Shown here: piece by piece, positions 43,531 to 56,399 of the stretch
Layout: every line of letters begins with the position of its first letter
Position numbering within the stretch: the first letter of the stretch is position 1
NCBI RefSeq assembly: GCF_009914755.1
Contig: NC_060933.1
Source: the human T2T-CHM13v2.0 reference genome, Homo sapiens
DNA length: 64,000 nucleotides
Strand: one strand, 5' to 3'
Made by a program: the position numbers and the translations under genes
The notes under the pieces: model-generated
What the model was told of the DNA's origin: nothing
The model's database searches: none
What the model saw: the letters and a program-made list of their open reading frames with translations, nothing else

Positions 43531-44639
43531 TGGAACGGAATGGAATGGAATGGAATGGAATGGAATGGAATGGAATGGAATGGAATGCAGTGGAAGAGAA
43601 TCAACCCGAGTACAATGGAATGGAATGGAATGGAATGGAATGGAATGGAATGGAATGGAAAGAATGGAATGGAATCAACCCGAGTGCAATGGAATGGAGA
43701 GGAATGGAATGGAATGGAATGGAAACTACCCGAATGGAATGGAATGTAATGGAGTGTAAGGGAATTGAATAGAATCAATCCAAATGGAATGGAATGGAAT
43801 GGAACGGAATGTAAAGAATGGAATGGAATGGAATCAACGCGAGTGCAGGGGAATGGAATGGAATGGAATGCATCGGAATGGAATCATCCGGAATGGAATG
43901 GAATGGAATGCAATGGAATGGAATGGAATGGAATCAACCCGAGTGCAATGGAATGGAGTGAAATGGAATGGAATGGAATGGAAACAACCAGAATGGATTG
44001 GAATATAATGGAGTGTAAGTGAATTGAATAGAATCAATCTGAATGTAATGAAATGGAATGGAACGGAATGGAATGGAATGGAATGGAATGGAATGCAATG
44101 GAATGGAATCAACCCGAGTGCAATCGAATGGAATCGAATGGAATGGAATGCAATGTAATGGATTCAACTTGAATGGAATGGAAAGAATGGAATCAACACG
44201 AGTGGAATGGCATGAATTGGAATGGAATGGAATGGAATCAACCCGAGTACAGGGGAATGGAATGGAATGGAATGCAATGGAATGGAATCATCCGTAATGG
44301 AATGGAAAGGAATGGAATGGAATGGAATGGAATGGAATGGAATGGAATCAACTCGATTGCAATCGAATGGAATGGAATGGAATTAACCCGAATAGAATGG
44401 AATGGAATGGAATGGAACGGAACGGAACGGAACGGAACGGAACGGAACGGAATGGAATGGAATGGAATGGAACGGAAAGGAATGGAATGGAATGGAATGG
44501 AATGGAATGGAATGGAATCAACCCGACTACAGGGGAATGGAATGGAATGGAATGCAAAGGAATGGATTCAACTTGAATGGAATGGAAAGAATGGAATCAA
44601 CACGAGTGGAATGGCATGGATTGGAATGGAATGGAATGG

Positions 44640-47600
44640 AATCAACCCGAGTACAGGGGAATGGAATGGAATGGAATGCAATGGAATGGAATCATCCGTA
44701 ATGGAATGGAAAGGAATGGAATGGAATGGAATGGAATGGAATGGAATGGAATGGAATCAACTCGGTTCCAATCGAATGGAATGGAAAGGAAATAACCCGA
44801 ATAGAATGGAATGGAATGGAATGGAACGGAACGGAACGGAACGGAACGGAACGGAATGGAATGGAATGGAATGGAATGGAATGGAATGCAATGGAATGGA
44901 ATGGAATGGAATGGAATGAAATGCAATGGATTCAACTCGATTGAAATGGAATGGAATAGAATGGAATGGAATGGAATGGAATGGAATTAACCCGAATAGA
45001 ATGGAATGGAATGTAATGGAATGGAACGGAATGGAACGGAATGGAACGGAATGGAATGGAATGGAATGGAATGGAATGGAATGGTATGGAATGGAATGGA
45101 ATGGTACGGAATAGAATGGAATGGAAGGAATTGTAATGGAATGGAATTGAATGGAATGGAATGGAATGGAATGGAATCAACGCGAGTGCATGGCAATGTA
45201 ATGGAACGGAATGCAATGGAATGGAAACATCCGGAATTGAATGGAATGGAATGGAAGGGAATGGAATCAACCCGAGTGCAATGGAATGGAGTGGAATGGA
45301 ATGGAATGCAATGGAACAACCCGAATGGAATAGAATGTAATGGAGAGTAAGGGAGTTGAATAGAATCAATCCGAATGTAATGGAATGGAATGCAACGGAA
45401 TGGAATGGAATGGAATGCAATGGAATGGAATCAACCCGAGTACAATGGAATGGAATGGAATGGAATGGAATGGAATGGAATTGAATGGAATGGAATGCCT
45501 TCATACCGAATGGAATGGAAAGGAATGGAATCAACACGAGTGGAATGGAATGGAATGGAATGGAATGGAATGCAATGGAATGGTACGGAATAGAATGGAA
45601 TGGAACGAAATGGAATGGAATGGAATGGAATAGAACGGAATGGAATTGAATGGAATGGAATGGAATTGAATCGTTCCGAGTGGAATAGGAGGGAATGTAT
45701 TCGAGTGGAATGGAAAGGAATGGAATCAACCAGAGTGGAATGGAAGGGAATGGAAAGGAATGGAAACTAATAGAATGGAATCAACCTGAGTGGAATGGAA
45801 TGCAAAGGACTGGAATGGAATGGAATGGAATGGAATGGAATCAACTCGATTGTAATGGATTGGAATGGAATGGAATGGAATGGAATGGAATGGAATGGAA
45901 TTAACCGGAATACAATGGAATGGAATGGAATGGAATGGAATGGAATGGAATGGAATGGAATTAACCGGAATACAATGGAATGGAATGGAATGGAACGGAT
46001 TGGAGTGGAATGGAATGGAATCAACCCGAGTGCAGGGGAATGGAATGTAATGGAATGCAATGGAATGAAATCATCCGGAATGGAATGGAATGGAATGGAA
46101 TGCAAAGCAATGGAATGAACTCGATTGAAAAGGAATGGAATGGAATGGAAAGGAATACAATGGAATCAACCCGAGTGGAATGGAATGGAAAGGACTGGAA
46201 TGGAGTGGAATGGAATAGAATGGAATGGAATGGAATCAACTCGATCGGAATGGAATGGAATGGAATGGAATGGAATGGAATGGAATTAACTCAAATAGAA
46301 TGGAATAGAATGGAACGGAACGGAACGGAACGGAACGGAATGGAATGGAATGGAATGGAATTAACCCGAGTACAGGGGAATGGAATGGAATGGAATGCAA
46401 TGGAATGGAATCATCCGTAATGGAATGGAAATGAATGGAATGGAATGGAATGGAATGGAATGGAATGGAATCAACCGGAATAGAATGGAATGGAATGGAA
46501 TGGAACGGAACGGAACGGAATGCAACGGAATGGAATGGAATGGAACGGAAAGGAGTGGACTGGAATGGAATGGAATGGAATGGAATGGAATGGAATGGAA
46601 TGGAATGGAATCAACTCGATTGCAATCGAATGGAATGGAATGGAATTAACCCGAATAGAATGGAATGGAATGGAATGGAACGGAACGGAACGGAATGCAA
46701 TGGAATGGAATGGAATGGAACGGAAAGGAGTGGAATGGAATGGAATGGAATGGAATGGATTGGAATGGAATGGAACGGAATGGAATCAACGCGAGTGCAG
46801 GGGAATGGAATGGAATGGAATGGAATGGAATGGAATGGAATGGAATCAACCCGAGTGCAGGGGAATGTAATGGAACGGAATGCAATGGAATGGAATCATC
46901 CGTAATGGAATGGAATGGAATGGAATGGAATCAACCCGAGTGCAATGGAATGGAGTGGAATGGAATGGAATGGAATGGAACAACCCGAATGGAATGGAAT
47001 GTAATGGAGAGTAAGGGAGTTGAAAAGAATCAATCAGAAAGTAATGGAATGGAATGGAACGGAATGGAATGGAATGGAATGGAATGGAATGGAATGGAAA
47101 GAAATGGAATCAACCCGAGTGCAATGGAATGGAGAGGAATGGAATGGAATGGAATGGAAACTACCCGAATGGAATGGAATGTAATGGAGTGTAAGGGAAT
47201 TGAATAGAATCAATCGGAATGTAATGGAATGGAATGGAACGGAATGGAATGGAATGGAATGGAATGGAATGGAATGGAATGGAATGGAATCAACCCGACT
47301 GCAGGGGAATGGAATGGAATGGAATGCAATGGAATGGATTCAACTTGAATGGAATGGAAAGAATTCAATCAACACGAGTGGAATCGCATGGAATGGAATG
47401 GAATGGAATGGAATGGAATCAACCCGAGTACAGGGGAATGGAATGGAATGGAATGCAATGGAATGGAATCATCCGTAATGGAATGGAAAGGAATGGAATG
47501 GAATGGAATGGAATGGAATGGAATGGAATGGAATGGAATCAACTCGGTTCCAATCGAATGGAATGGAATGGAAATAACCCGAATAGAATGGAATGCAATG

Positions 47601-49500
47601 GAATGGAACGGAACGGAACGGAACGGAATGGAATGGAATGGAATGGAATGGAATGGAACGGAAAGGAATGGAATGGAATGGAATGGAATGGAATGGAATG
47701 GAATGCAATGGAATGGAATGGAATGGAATGGAATGAAATGCAATGGATTCAACTCGATTGAAATGGAATGGAATAGAATGGAATAGAATGGAATGGAATG
47801 GAATTAACCCGAATAGAATGGAATGGAATGGAATGAAATGGAACGGAATGGAACGGAAGGGAATGGAATGGAATGGAATGGAATGGTATGGAATGGAATG
47901 GAATGGTACGGAATAGAATGGAATGGAAGGAATTGTAATGGAATGGAATTGAATGGAATGGAATGGAATGGAATGGAATCAACGCGAGTGCATGGCAATG
48001 TAATGGAACGGAATGCAATGGAATGGAAACATCCGGAATGGAATGGAATGGAATGCAATGGAATGGAATCAACCCGAGTGCAATGGAATGGAGTGGAATG
48101 GAATGGAATGCAATGGAACAACCCGAATGGAATGGAATGTAATGGAGAGTAAGGGAGTTGAATAGAATCAATCCGAATGTAATGGAATGGAATGCAACGG
48201 AAAGGAATGGAATGGAATGCAATGGAATGGAATCAACCCGAGTACAATGGAATGGAATGGAATGGAATGGAATGGAATGGAATTGAATGGAATGGAATGC
48301 CTTCATACCGAATGGAATGGAAAGGAATGGAATCAACACGAGTGGAATGGAATGGAATGGAATGGAATGGAATGGAATGGAATGCAATGGAATGGTACGG
48401 AATAGAATGGAATGGAACGAAATGGAATGGAATGGAATGGAATAGAACGGAATGGAATTGAATGGAATGGAATGGAATGGAATCGTTCCGAGTGGAATAG
48501 GAGGGAATGTATTCGAGTGGAATGGAAAGGAATGGAATCAACCAGAGTGGAATGGAAGGGAATGGAAAGGAATGGAAACTAATCGAATGGAATCAACCTG
48601 AGTGGAATGGAATGCAAAGGACTGGAATGGAATTGCATGGAATGGAATGGAATCAACTCGATTGTAATGGATTGGAATGGAATGGAATGGAATGGAATGG
48701 AATGGAAATAACCGGAATACAATGGAATGGAATGGAATGGAACGGAATGGAGTGGAATGGAATGGAATCAACCCGAGTGCAGGGGAATGGAATGTAATGG
48801 AATGCAATGGAATGGAATCATCCGGAATGGAATGGAATGGAATGGAATGCAAAGCAATGGAATGAACTCGATTGAAATGGAATGGAATGGAATGGAAAGG
48901 AATACAATGGAATCAACCCGAGTGGAATGGAATGGAAAGGACTGGAATGGAGAGGAATGGAATGGAATGGAATGGAATGGAATCAACTCGATTGGAATGG
49001 AATGGAATGGAATGGAATTAACTCGAATAGAATGGAATGGAATGGAACGGAACGGAACGGAACGGAATGGAATGGAATGGAATGGAATGGAATTAACCCG
49101 AGTACAGGGGAATGGAATGGAATAGAATGCAATGGAATGGAATCATCCGTAATGGAATGGAAAGGAATGGAATGGAATGGAATGGAATGGAATGGAATGG
49201 AATGGAATCAACGCGAGTCAGGGGAATGGAATGGAATCGAATGGAATGGAATGGAATGGAATGGAATGGAATCAACCCGAGTGCAGGGGAATGTAATGGA
49301 ACGGAATGCAATGGAATGAAATCATCCGAAATGGAATGGAATGGAATGGAATGGAATCAACCCGAGTGCAATTGAATGGAGTGGAATGGAATGGAATGGA
49401 ATGGAACAACCCGAATGGAATGGAATGTAATGGAGAGTAAAGGAGTTGAAAAGAATCAATCCGAAAGTAATGGAATGGAATGGAACGGAATGGAATGGAA
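44640..49500 (-). repeat. ~2.8-kb tandem dimer (second copy partly deleted)
   Basis: CTCGGTTCCAATCG at 44,761/47,543, CGCGAGTGCATGGC at 45,181/47,983, CCTTCATACCG at ~45,498/48,301, AATGAACTCG at 46,113/48,861. Confidence 0.88.
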
Positions 49501-50869
49501 TGGAATGGAATGGAATGGAATGGAATGGAATCAACTCGATTGCATTCGAATGGAATGGAATGGAATTAACCCGAATAGAATGGAATGGAATGGAATGGAA
49601 CGGAATGGAACGGAACGGAATGGAATGGAATGGAATGGAATGGAATGGAACGGAACGGAATGGAATGGAATGGAATGGATTGGAAGTGAAAAGAATAAAC
49701 GCGAGTGCAGGGGAATGGAATGGAATGGAATGCAATGGAATGGAATCTTCCGGAATGGAATGGAATGGAATGGAATGGAATGGAATGGAATGCAATGGAT
49801 TCAACTCGATTGCAATGGAATGGAATAGAATGGAATGGAATGGAATGGAATGGAATGGAATTAACCCGAATAGAATGGAATGGAATGGAGTGGAAACTAC
49901 CCGAATGGAATGGAATGCAATGGAATGGAATCAACCCGAGTGCAATGGAATGGAGAGAAATGGAATGGAATGGAGTGGAAAGTACCCGAATGGAATGGAA
50001 TGTAATGGAGTGTAAGGGAATTGAATAGAATCAATCCGAATGTAATGGAAAGGAATGGAACGGAATGGAATGGAATGGAATGGAATGGAATGGAATGGAA
50101 TGGAAAGGAATGCAATGGAATGGAATCAACCCGAGTGCAATCGAATGGAATCGAATGGAATGGAATGCAATGGAATGGAATCAACTCGATTGCAATCGAA
50201 TGGCATGGAATGGAATTAACCCGAATAGAATGGAATGGAATGGAATGGAACGGAATGGAATGGAATGGAATGGAATGGAATGGAACGGAACGGAATGGAA
50301 TGGAATGGAATGGAATGGAATCAACGCGAGTGCAGGGGAATGGAATGGAATGGAATGCAATGGAATGGAATGGAATGGGATCAACGCGAGTGCAGGGGAA
50401 TGGAATGGAATGGAATGCAATGGAATGGAATCTTCCGGAATGGAATGGAATGGAATGGAATGGAATGAAATGCAATGGATTCAACTCGATTGCAATGGAA
50501 TGGAATAGAATGGAATGGAATGGAATGGAATGGAAGGAACCCGAATAGAATGGAATGGAATGCAATGGAAAGGAATGGAACGGAATGGAATGGAATGGAA
50601 TGGAATGGAATGGTATGGAATGGAATGGAATGGTACGGAATAGAATGGAATGTAACGAATTGTAATGGAATGGAATAGAATGGAATGGAATGGAATGGAA
50701 TGGAATTAACCCGAATAGAATGGAATGGAATGGAACGGAATGGAACGGAATGGAATGGAATGGAATGGAATGGAATGGTATGGAATGGAATAGAATGGTA
50801 CGGAATAGAATGGAATGGAACGAATTGTAATGGAATGGAATTGAATGGAATGGAATGGAATGGAATGGA

Positions 50870-53800
50870 ATCAACGCGAGTGCAGGGGAATGTAATGGAA
50901 CGGAATGCAATGGAATGGAATCATCCGGAGTGGAATGGAAAGGAATGGAATGGAATGGAATGGAATGGAATGGAATCAACCCGAGTGCAATGGAATGGAG
51001 TGGAAAGGAATGGAATGGAATGGAAGAACCCGAATGGAATGGAATGTAATGGACAGTAAGGGAGTTGAATAGAATCAATCCGAATGTAATGGAATGGAAT
51101 GCAACGGAATGGAATGGAATGGAATGGAATGCAAAGGAATGGAATCAACCCGAGTGGAATGCCATGGAATGGAATGCAATGGAATGGAATGGAATGGAAT
51201 CAACTCGAGTGGAAAGGAATGGAATGGAATGGAAAGGAATGGAATGAAGTCAACTCCAGTGGAATGGAATGGAATGGAATGGATTGGAATGGATTGCAAT
51301 GGAATGAAATGGAATGGAATGGAATGGAATAGAATCAATCATTCCGAGTGGAATGGAAGGGAATGTAATGGAGTGGAAAGAAGGGAATGGAATCAACCCG
51401 AGTGGAATGCAAGGCAATGGAATGGAATGGAAAGGAATGGAATGCAATCAACTCGATTGCAATGGAATGGAATGTAATGGAATGGAATGGAATGGAATTA
51501 AGCGGAATAGAATGGAATGGAATGGAATGGAACGGAATGGAAAGAACACGAGTGCAGGGGAATGGAATGGAATGGAATGCAATGGAATGGAATCATCCGC
51601 AATGGAATGGAATGGAATGGAATAAACTCCGTTGCAATGGAATGGAATGGAATGGAATGGAATAGAATGGAATGGAATTAACCCGAATAGAATGGAATGC
51701 AATAGAATGGAATGCAACGGAACCGAATGGAGTGGAACGGAATGGAATGGAATCAACCCGAGTACAGGGGAATGGAATGAAATGGAATGCAATGGAATGG
51801 AGTCATCCGTAATGGAATGGAAAGGAATGGAATGGAATGGAATGGAATGGAATGGAATGGAATGGAATCAACTCGATGGCAATCGAATGGAATGGAATGG
51901 AATTAACCCGAATAGAATGGAATGGAATGGAATGGAACGGAACGGAATGGAATGGAATGGAATGGAATGGAATGGAACGGAACGGAATGGAATGGAATGG
52001 AATGGAATGGAATCAACGCGAGTGCAGGGGAATGGAATGGATTGGAATGTAATGGAATGGAATCATCCGGAATGGAATGGAATGGAATGGAATGGAATGA
52101 AAGGCAATGGATTCAACTCGATTGCAATGGAATGGAATAGAATGGAATGGAATGGAATGGAATGGAATTGAATGGAATGGAATGCCTTCAAACCGAATGG
52201 AATGGAAAGGAATGGAATCAACACGAGTGGAAAGGAATGGAATGGAAAGGAATGGAATGGAATGGAATGGTACGGAATAGAATGGAATGGAACGAACTGG
52301 AATGGAATGGAATGGAATGGAATGGAATGGAATCGTTCCGAGTGGAATAGGAGGGAATGTATTCGAGTGGAATGGAAAGGAATGGAATCAACCAGAGTGG
52401 AATGGAAGGGAATGGAATGGAATGGAAACTAATAGAACGGAATCAAGCCGAGTGGAATGGAATGGAAAGGACTGGAATGGAATGGAATGGAATGGAATCA
52501 ACTCGATTGTAATGGAATGGAATGGAATGGAATGGAATGGAATGGAATGGAATTAACCCGAATAAAATGGAATGGAATGGAATGGAAGGGAATGGAGTGG
52601 AATGGAATGGAATCAACCCGAGTGCAGGGGAATGGAATGGAATGGAATGCAATGGAATGGAATCATCCGGAATGGAATGGAATGGAATGGAATGCAAAGC
52701 AATGGAATCAACTCGATTGCAATGGAATGGAATGGAATGGAGTGGAAAGGAATAGAATGGAATCAACCCGAATAGAATGGAATGGAATGGAATTGAACGG
52801 AACGGAATGGAATGGAATGGAATGGAATGGAATGGAATAGAGTCAACCCGACTGCAGGGGAATGGAATGGAATGGAATGGAATGAAATGGAATGGAATGG
52901 AATGGAATGGAATCATCCGGAACGGAATTGAATTGAATGGAATGGAATCAACTCGATTGCAATGGAATGGAATGGAATGGAATGGAATGGAATGGAATGG
53001 AATTCACCCGAATAGAATGGAATGGAATGGAATGGAAAGGAATGGAAGGGAAGGAAATGGAATGTAATCAACCCGAGTGCAGGGGAATGGAATGGAATGG
53101 AATGCGATGGAATGGAATCATCCGGAATGGAATGGAATGGAATGGAATGGAATGGAATGGTATCAATCCGAGTGCAGGGGAATGTAATGGAACGGAATGC
53201 AATGGAATGGAATCATCCGAAATGGAATGGAATGGAATGGAATGGAATGGAATCAACCCGAGTGCAATGGAATGGAGTGGAATGGAATGGAATGGAATGG
53301 CACAACCCGAATGGAATGGAATGTAATGGAGAGTAAGGGAGTTGAATAGAATCAATCCGAATGTAATGGAATGGAATGCAACGGAATGGAATGGAATGGA
53401 ATGCAATGGAATGGAATGGAATGGAATGCAAAGGAATGGAATCAACCCGAGTGGAATGACATGGAATGGAATGCAATGGATTGGAATGGAATGGAATCAA
53501 CTCGAGTGGAAAGGAATGGAATGGAATGGAATGGAAAGGAATGGAATGAAGTCAACTCGAGTGGAATGGAATGGAACGGAATGGATTGGAATGGATTGCA
53601 ATGGAATGAAATGGAATGGAATGGAATGGAATCAATCATTCCGAGTAGAATGGAAGGGAATGTAATGGAGTGGAAAGAAGGGAATGGAATCAACCCGAGT
53701 GCAATGCAAGGCAATGGACTGGAATGGAAAGAAATGGAATGGAATCAACTCGATTGCAATGGAATGGAATGGAATGGAATGGAATGGAATGGAATTAATC

Positions 53801-54900
53801 GGAATAGAATGGAATGGAATGGAATGGAATGGAAGGGAATGGAATCAACACGAGTGCAGGGGAATGGAATGGAATGGAATGCAATGGAATGGAATAATCC
53901 GGAATGGAATGGAATGGAATGGAATCAACTCCATTGCAATGGAATGGAATGGAATGGAATGGAATAGAATGGAATGGAATTAACCCGAATAGAATGGAAT
54001 GCAATAGAATGGAATGCAACGGAACCGAATGGAGTGGAATGGAATGGAATGGAATCAACCCGAGTACAGGGGAATGGAATGGAATGGAATGCAATGGAAT
54101 GGAGTCATCCGTAATGGAATGGAAAGGAATGGAATGGAATGGAATGGAATGGAATGGAATGGATTCAACTCGATGGCAATCGAATGGAATGGAATGGAAT
54201 TAACCCGAATAGAATGGAATGGAATGGAATGGAACGGAACGGAATGGAATGGAATGGAATGGAATGGAATGGAACGGAACGGAATGGAATGGAATGGAAT
54301 GGAATGGAATCAACGCGAGTGCAGGGGAATGGAATGGAATGGAATGTAATGGAATGGAATCTTCCGGAATGGAATGGAATGGAATGGAATGGAATGAAAG
54401 GCAATGGATTAAACTCGATTGCAATGGAATGGAAGAGAATGGAATGGAATGGAATGGAATGGAATGGAATGGAATGGAATGCCTTCAAACCGAAAGGAAT
54501 GGAAAGGAATGGAATCAACACGAGTGGAAAGGAATGGAATGGAAAGGAATGGAATGGAATGGAATGTTACGGAATAGAATGGAATGGAACGAACTGGAAT
54601 GGAATGGAATGGAATGGAATGGAATGGAATGGAATGGAATGGAATCGTTCCGAGTGCAATAGGAGGGAATGTATTCGAGTGGAATGGAAAGGAATGGAAT
54701 CAACCAGAGTGGAATGGAAGGGAATGGAATGGAATGGAAACTAATAGAATGGAATCAAACCGAGTGGAATGGAATGGAAAGGACTGGAATGGAATGGAAT
54801 GGTATGGAATGGAATGGAATCAACTCGATTGTAATGGAATGGAATGGAATGGAATGGAATGGAATGGAATGGAATGGAATGGAATTAACCCGAATAGAAT
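50870..54900 (-). repeat. ~2.3-kb tandem dimer
   Basis: GAATGAAGTCAACTC at ~51,242/53,544, AATCAATCATTCCG at 51,333/53,630, CGATGGCAATC at 51,874/54,171, GAAAGGCAATGG at 52,099/54,396 (offset ~2297-2302). Confidence 0.88.
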
Positions 54901-56133
54901 GGAATGGAATGGAATGGAACGGAACGGAACGGAACGGAATGGAATGGAATGGAATGGAATGGAACGGAAAGGAATGGAATGGAATGGAATGGAATGGAAT
55001 GGAATCAACGCGAGTGCAGGGGAATGGAATGGAATGGAATGCAATGGAATGGAAGCTTCCGGAATGGAATGGAATGGAATGGAATGGAATGGAATGGAAT
55101 GGAATAAACCCGAGTGCAATGGAATGGAGTGGAATGGAATGGAATGGAATGGAACAACCCGAATGGAATGGAATGTAATGGAGAGTAAGGGAGTTGAATA
55201 GAGTCAATCCGAATGTAATGGAATGGAATGGAACGGAATGGAATTGAATGGAATGGAATGGAATGCAATGGAATGGAATCAACCCGAGTGCAATGGAATG
55301 GAGAGGAATGGAATGGAATGGAATGGAAACTACCCGAATGGAATGGAATGTAACGGAGTGTAAGGGAATTGAATAGAATCAATCCGAATGTAATGGAATG
55401 GAATGGAACGGAATGGAATGGAATGGAATGGAATGGAATGGAATGGAATTAACCCGAGTGCAATCGAATGGAATCGAATGGAATGGAATGCAATGGAATG
55501 GATTCAACTTGAATGGAATGGAAAGAATGGAATCAACACGAGTGGAAGGGCATGGATTGGAATGCAATGGAATGGAATCTACTCGAGTACAGGGGAATGG
55601 AATGGAATGGAATGCAATGGAATGGAATCATCCGTAATGGAATGGAAAGGAATGGAATGGAATGGAATGGAATGGAATGGAATGGAATCAACTCGATTGC
55701 AGTCGAATGGAATGGAATGGAATCAACCCAACTGCAGGGGAATGGAATGGAATGGAATGCAATGGAATGGATTCAACTTGAATGGAATGGAAAGAATGGA
55801 ATGGAATGGAATGGAATGGAATGGAATGGAATGGAATGGAATCAACTCGATTGCAGTCGAATGGAATGGAACGGAATTAACCCGAATAGAATGGAATGGA
55901 ATGGAATGGAACGGAACGGAACGGATCGGAATGGAATGGAATGGATTGGAATGGAACGGAAAGGAATGGAATGGAATGGAATGGAATGGAATGGAATGGA
56001 ATCAACGCGAGTGCAGGGGAATGGAATGGAATGGAATGCAATGGAATGGAATCATCCGGAATGGAATGGAATGGAATGGAATGGAATCAACCCGAGTGCA
56101 ATGGAATGGAGTGCAATGGAATGGAGTGGAATG

Positions 56134-56145
56134 GAATGGCCATTC
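56134..56145. other. Strand-switch (inversion) breakpoint 2, GGAAT to CATTC
   Basis: GAATGG|CCATTC is a perfect 12-bp palindrome centred at 56,139/56,140. No inserted bases. Confidence 0.96.
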
Positions 56146-56399
56146 GATTGCAATCGAGTTGATTCCATTCCATTCCATTCCATTCCATTCCATTCCATTC
56201 CATTCCAATCGACTTCATTCCATTCCATTCCATTCCATTCCATTCCACTCAATTCCAGTCCTTTCCATTCCATTCCATTCGGGTTGATTCCATTCTATTC
56301 CTTTCCATTCCATTCCATTCCACTGCAATCGAGTTGGTTCCATTGATTTGCATTCCGTTCCATTCCATTCCATTCCATTATATTCGGGTTAATTCCATT

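Larger units (their letters stand above)
11855..56139 (-). repeat. HSat3 array, block 2, inverted (GGAAT on + strand), ~44.3 kb
   Basis: Continuous (GGAAT)n with CAACCCGAGT, CAACTCGATT and AATCATCCGG modules, the reverse complements of the block 1 vocabulary. Confidence 0.97.
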
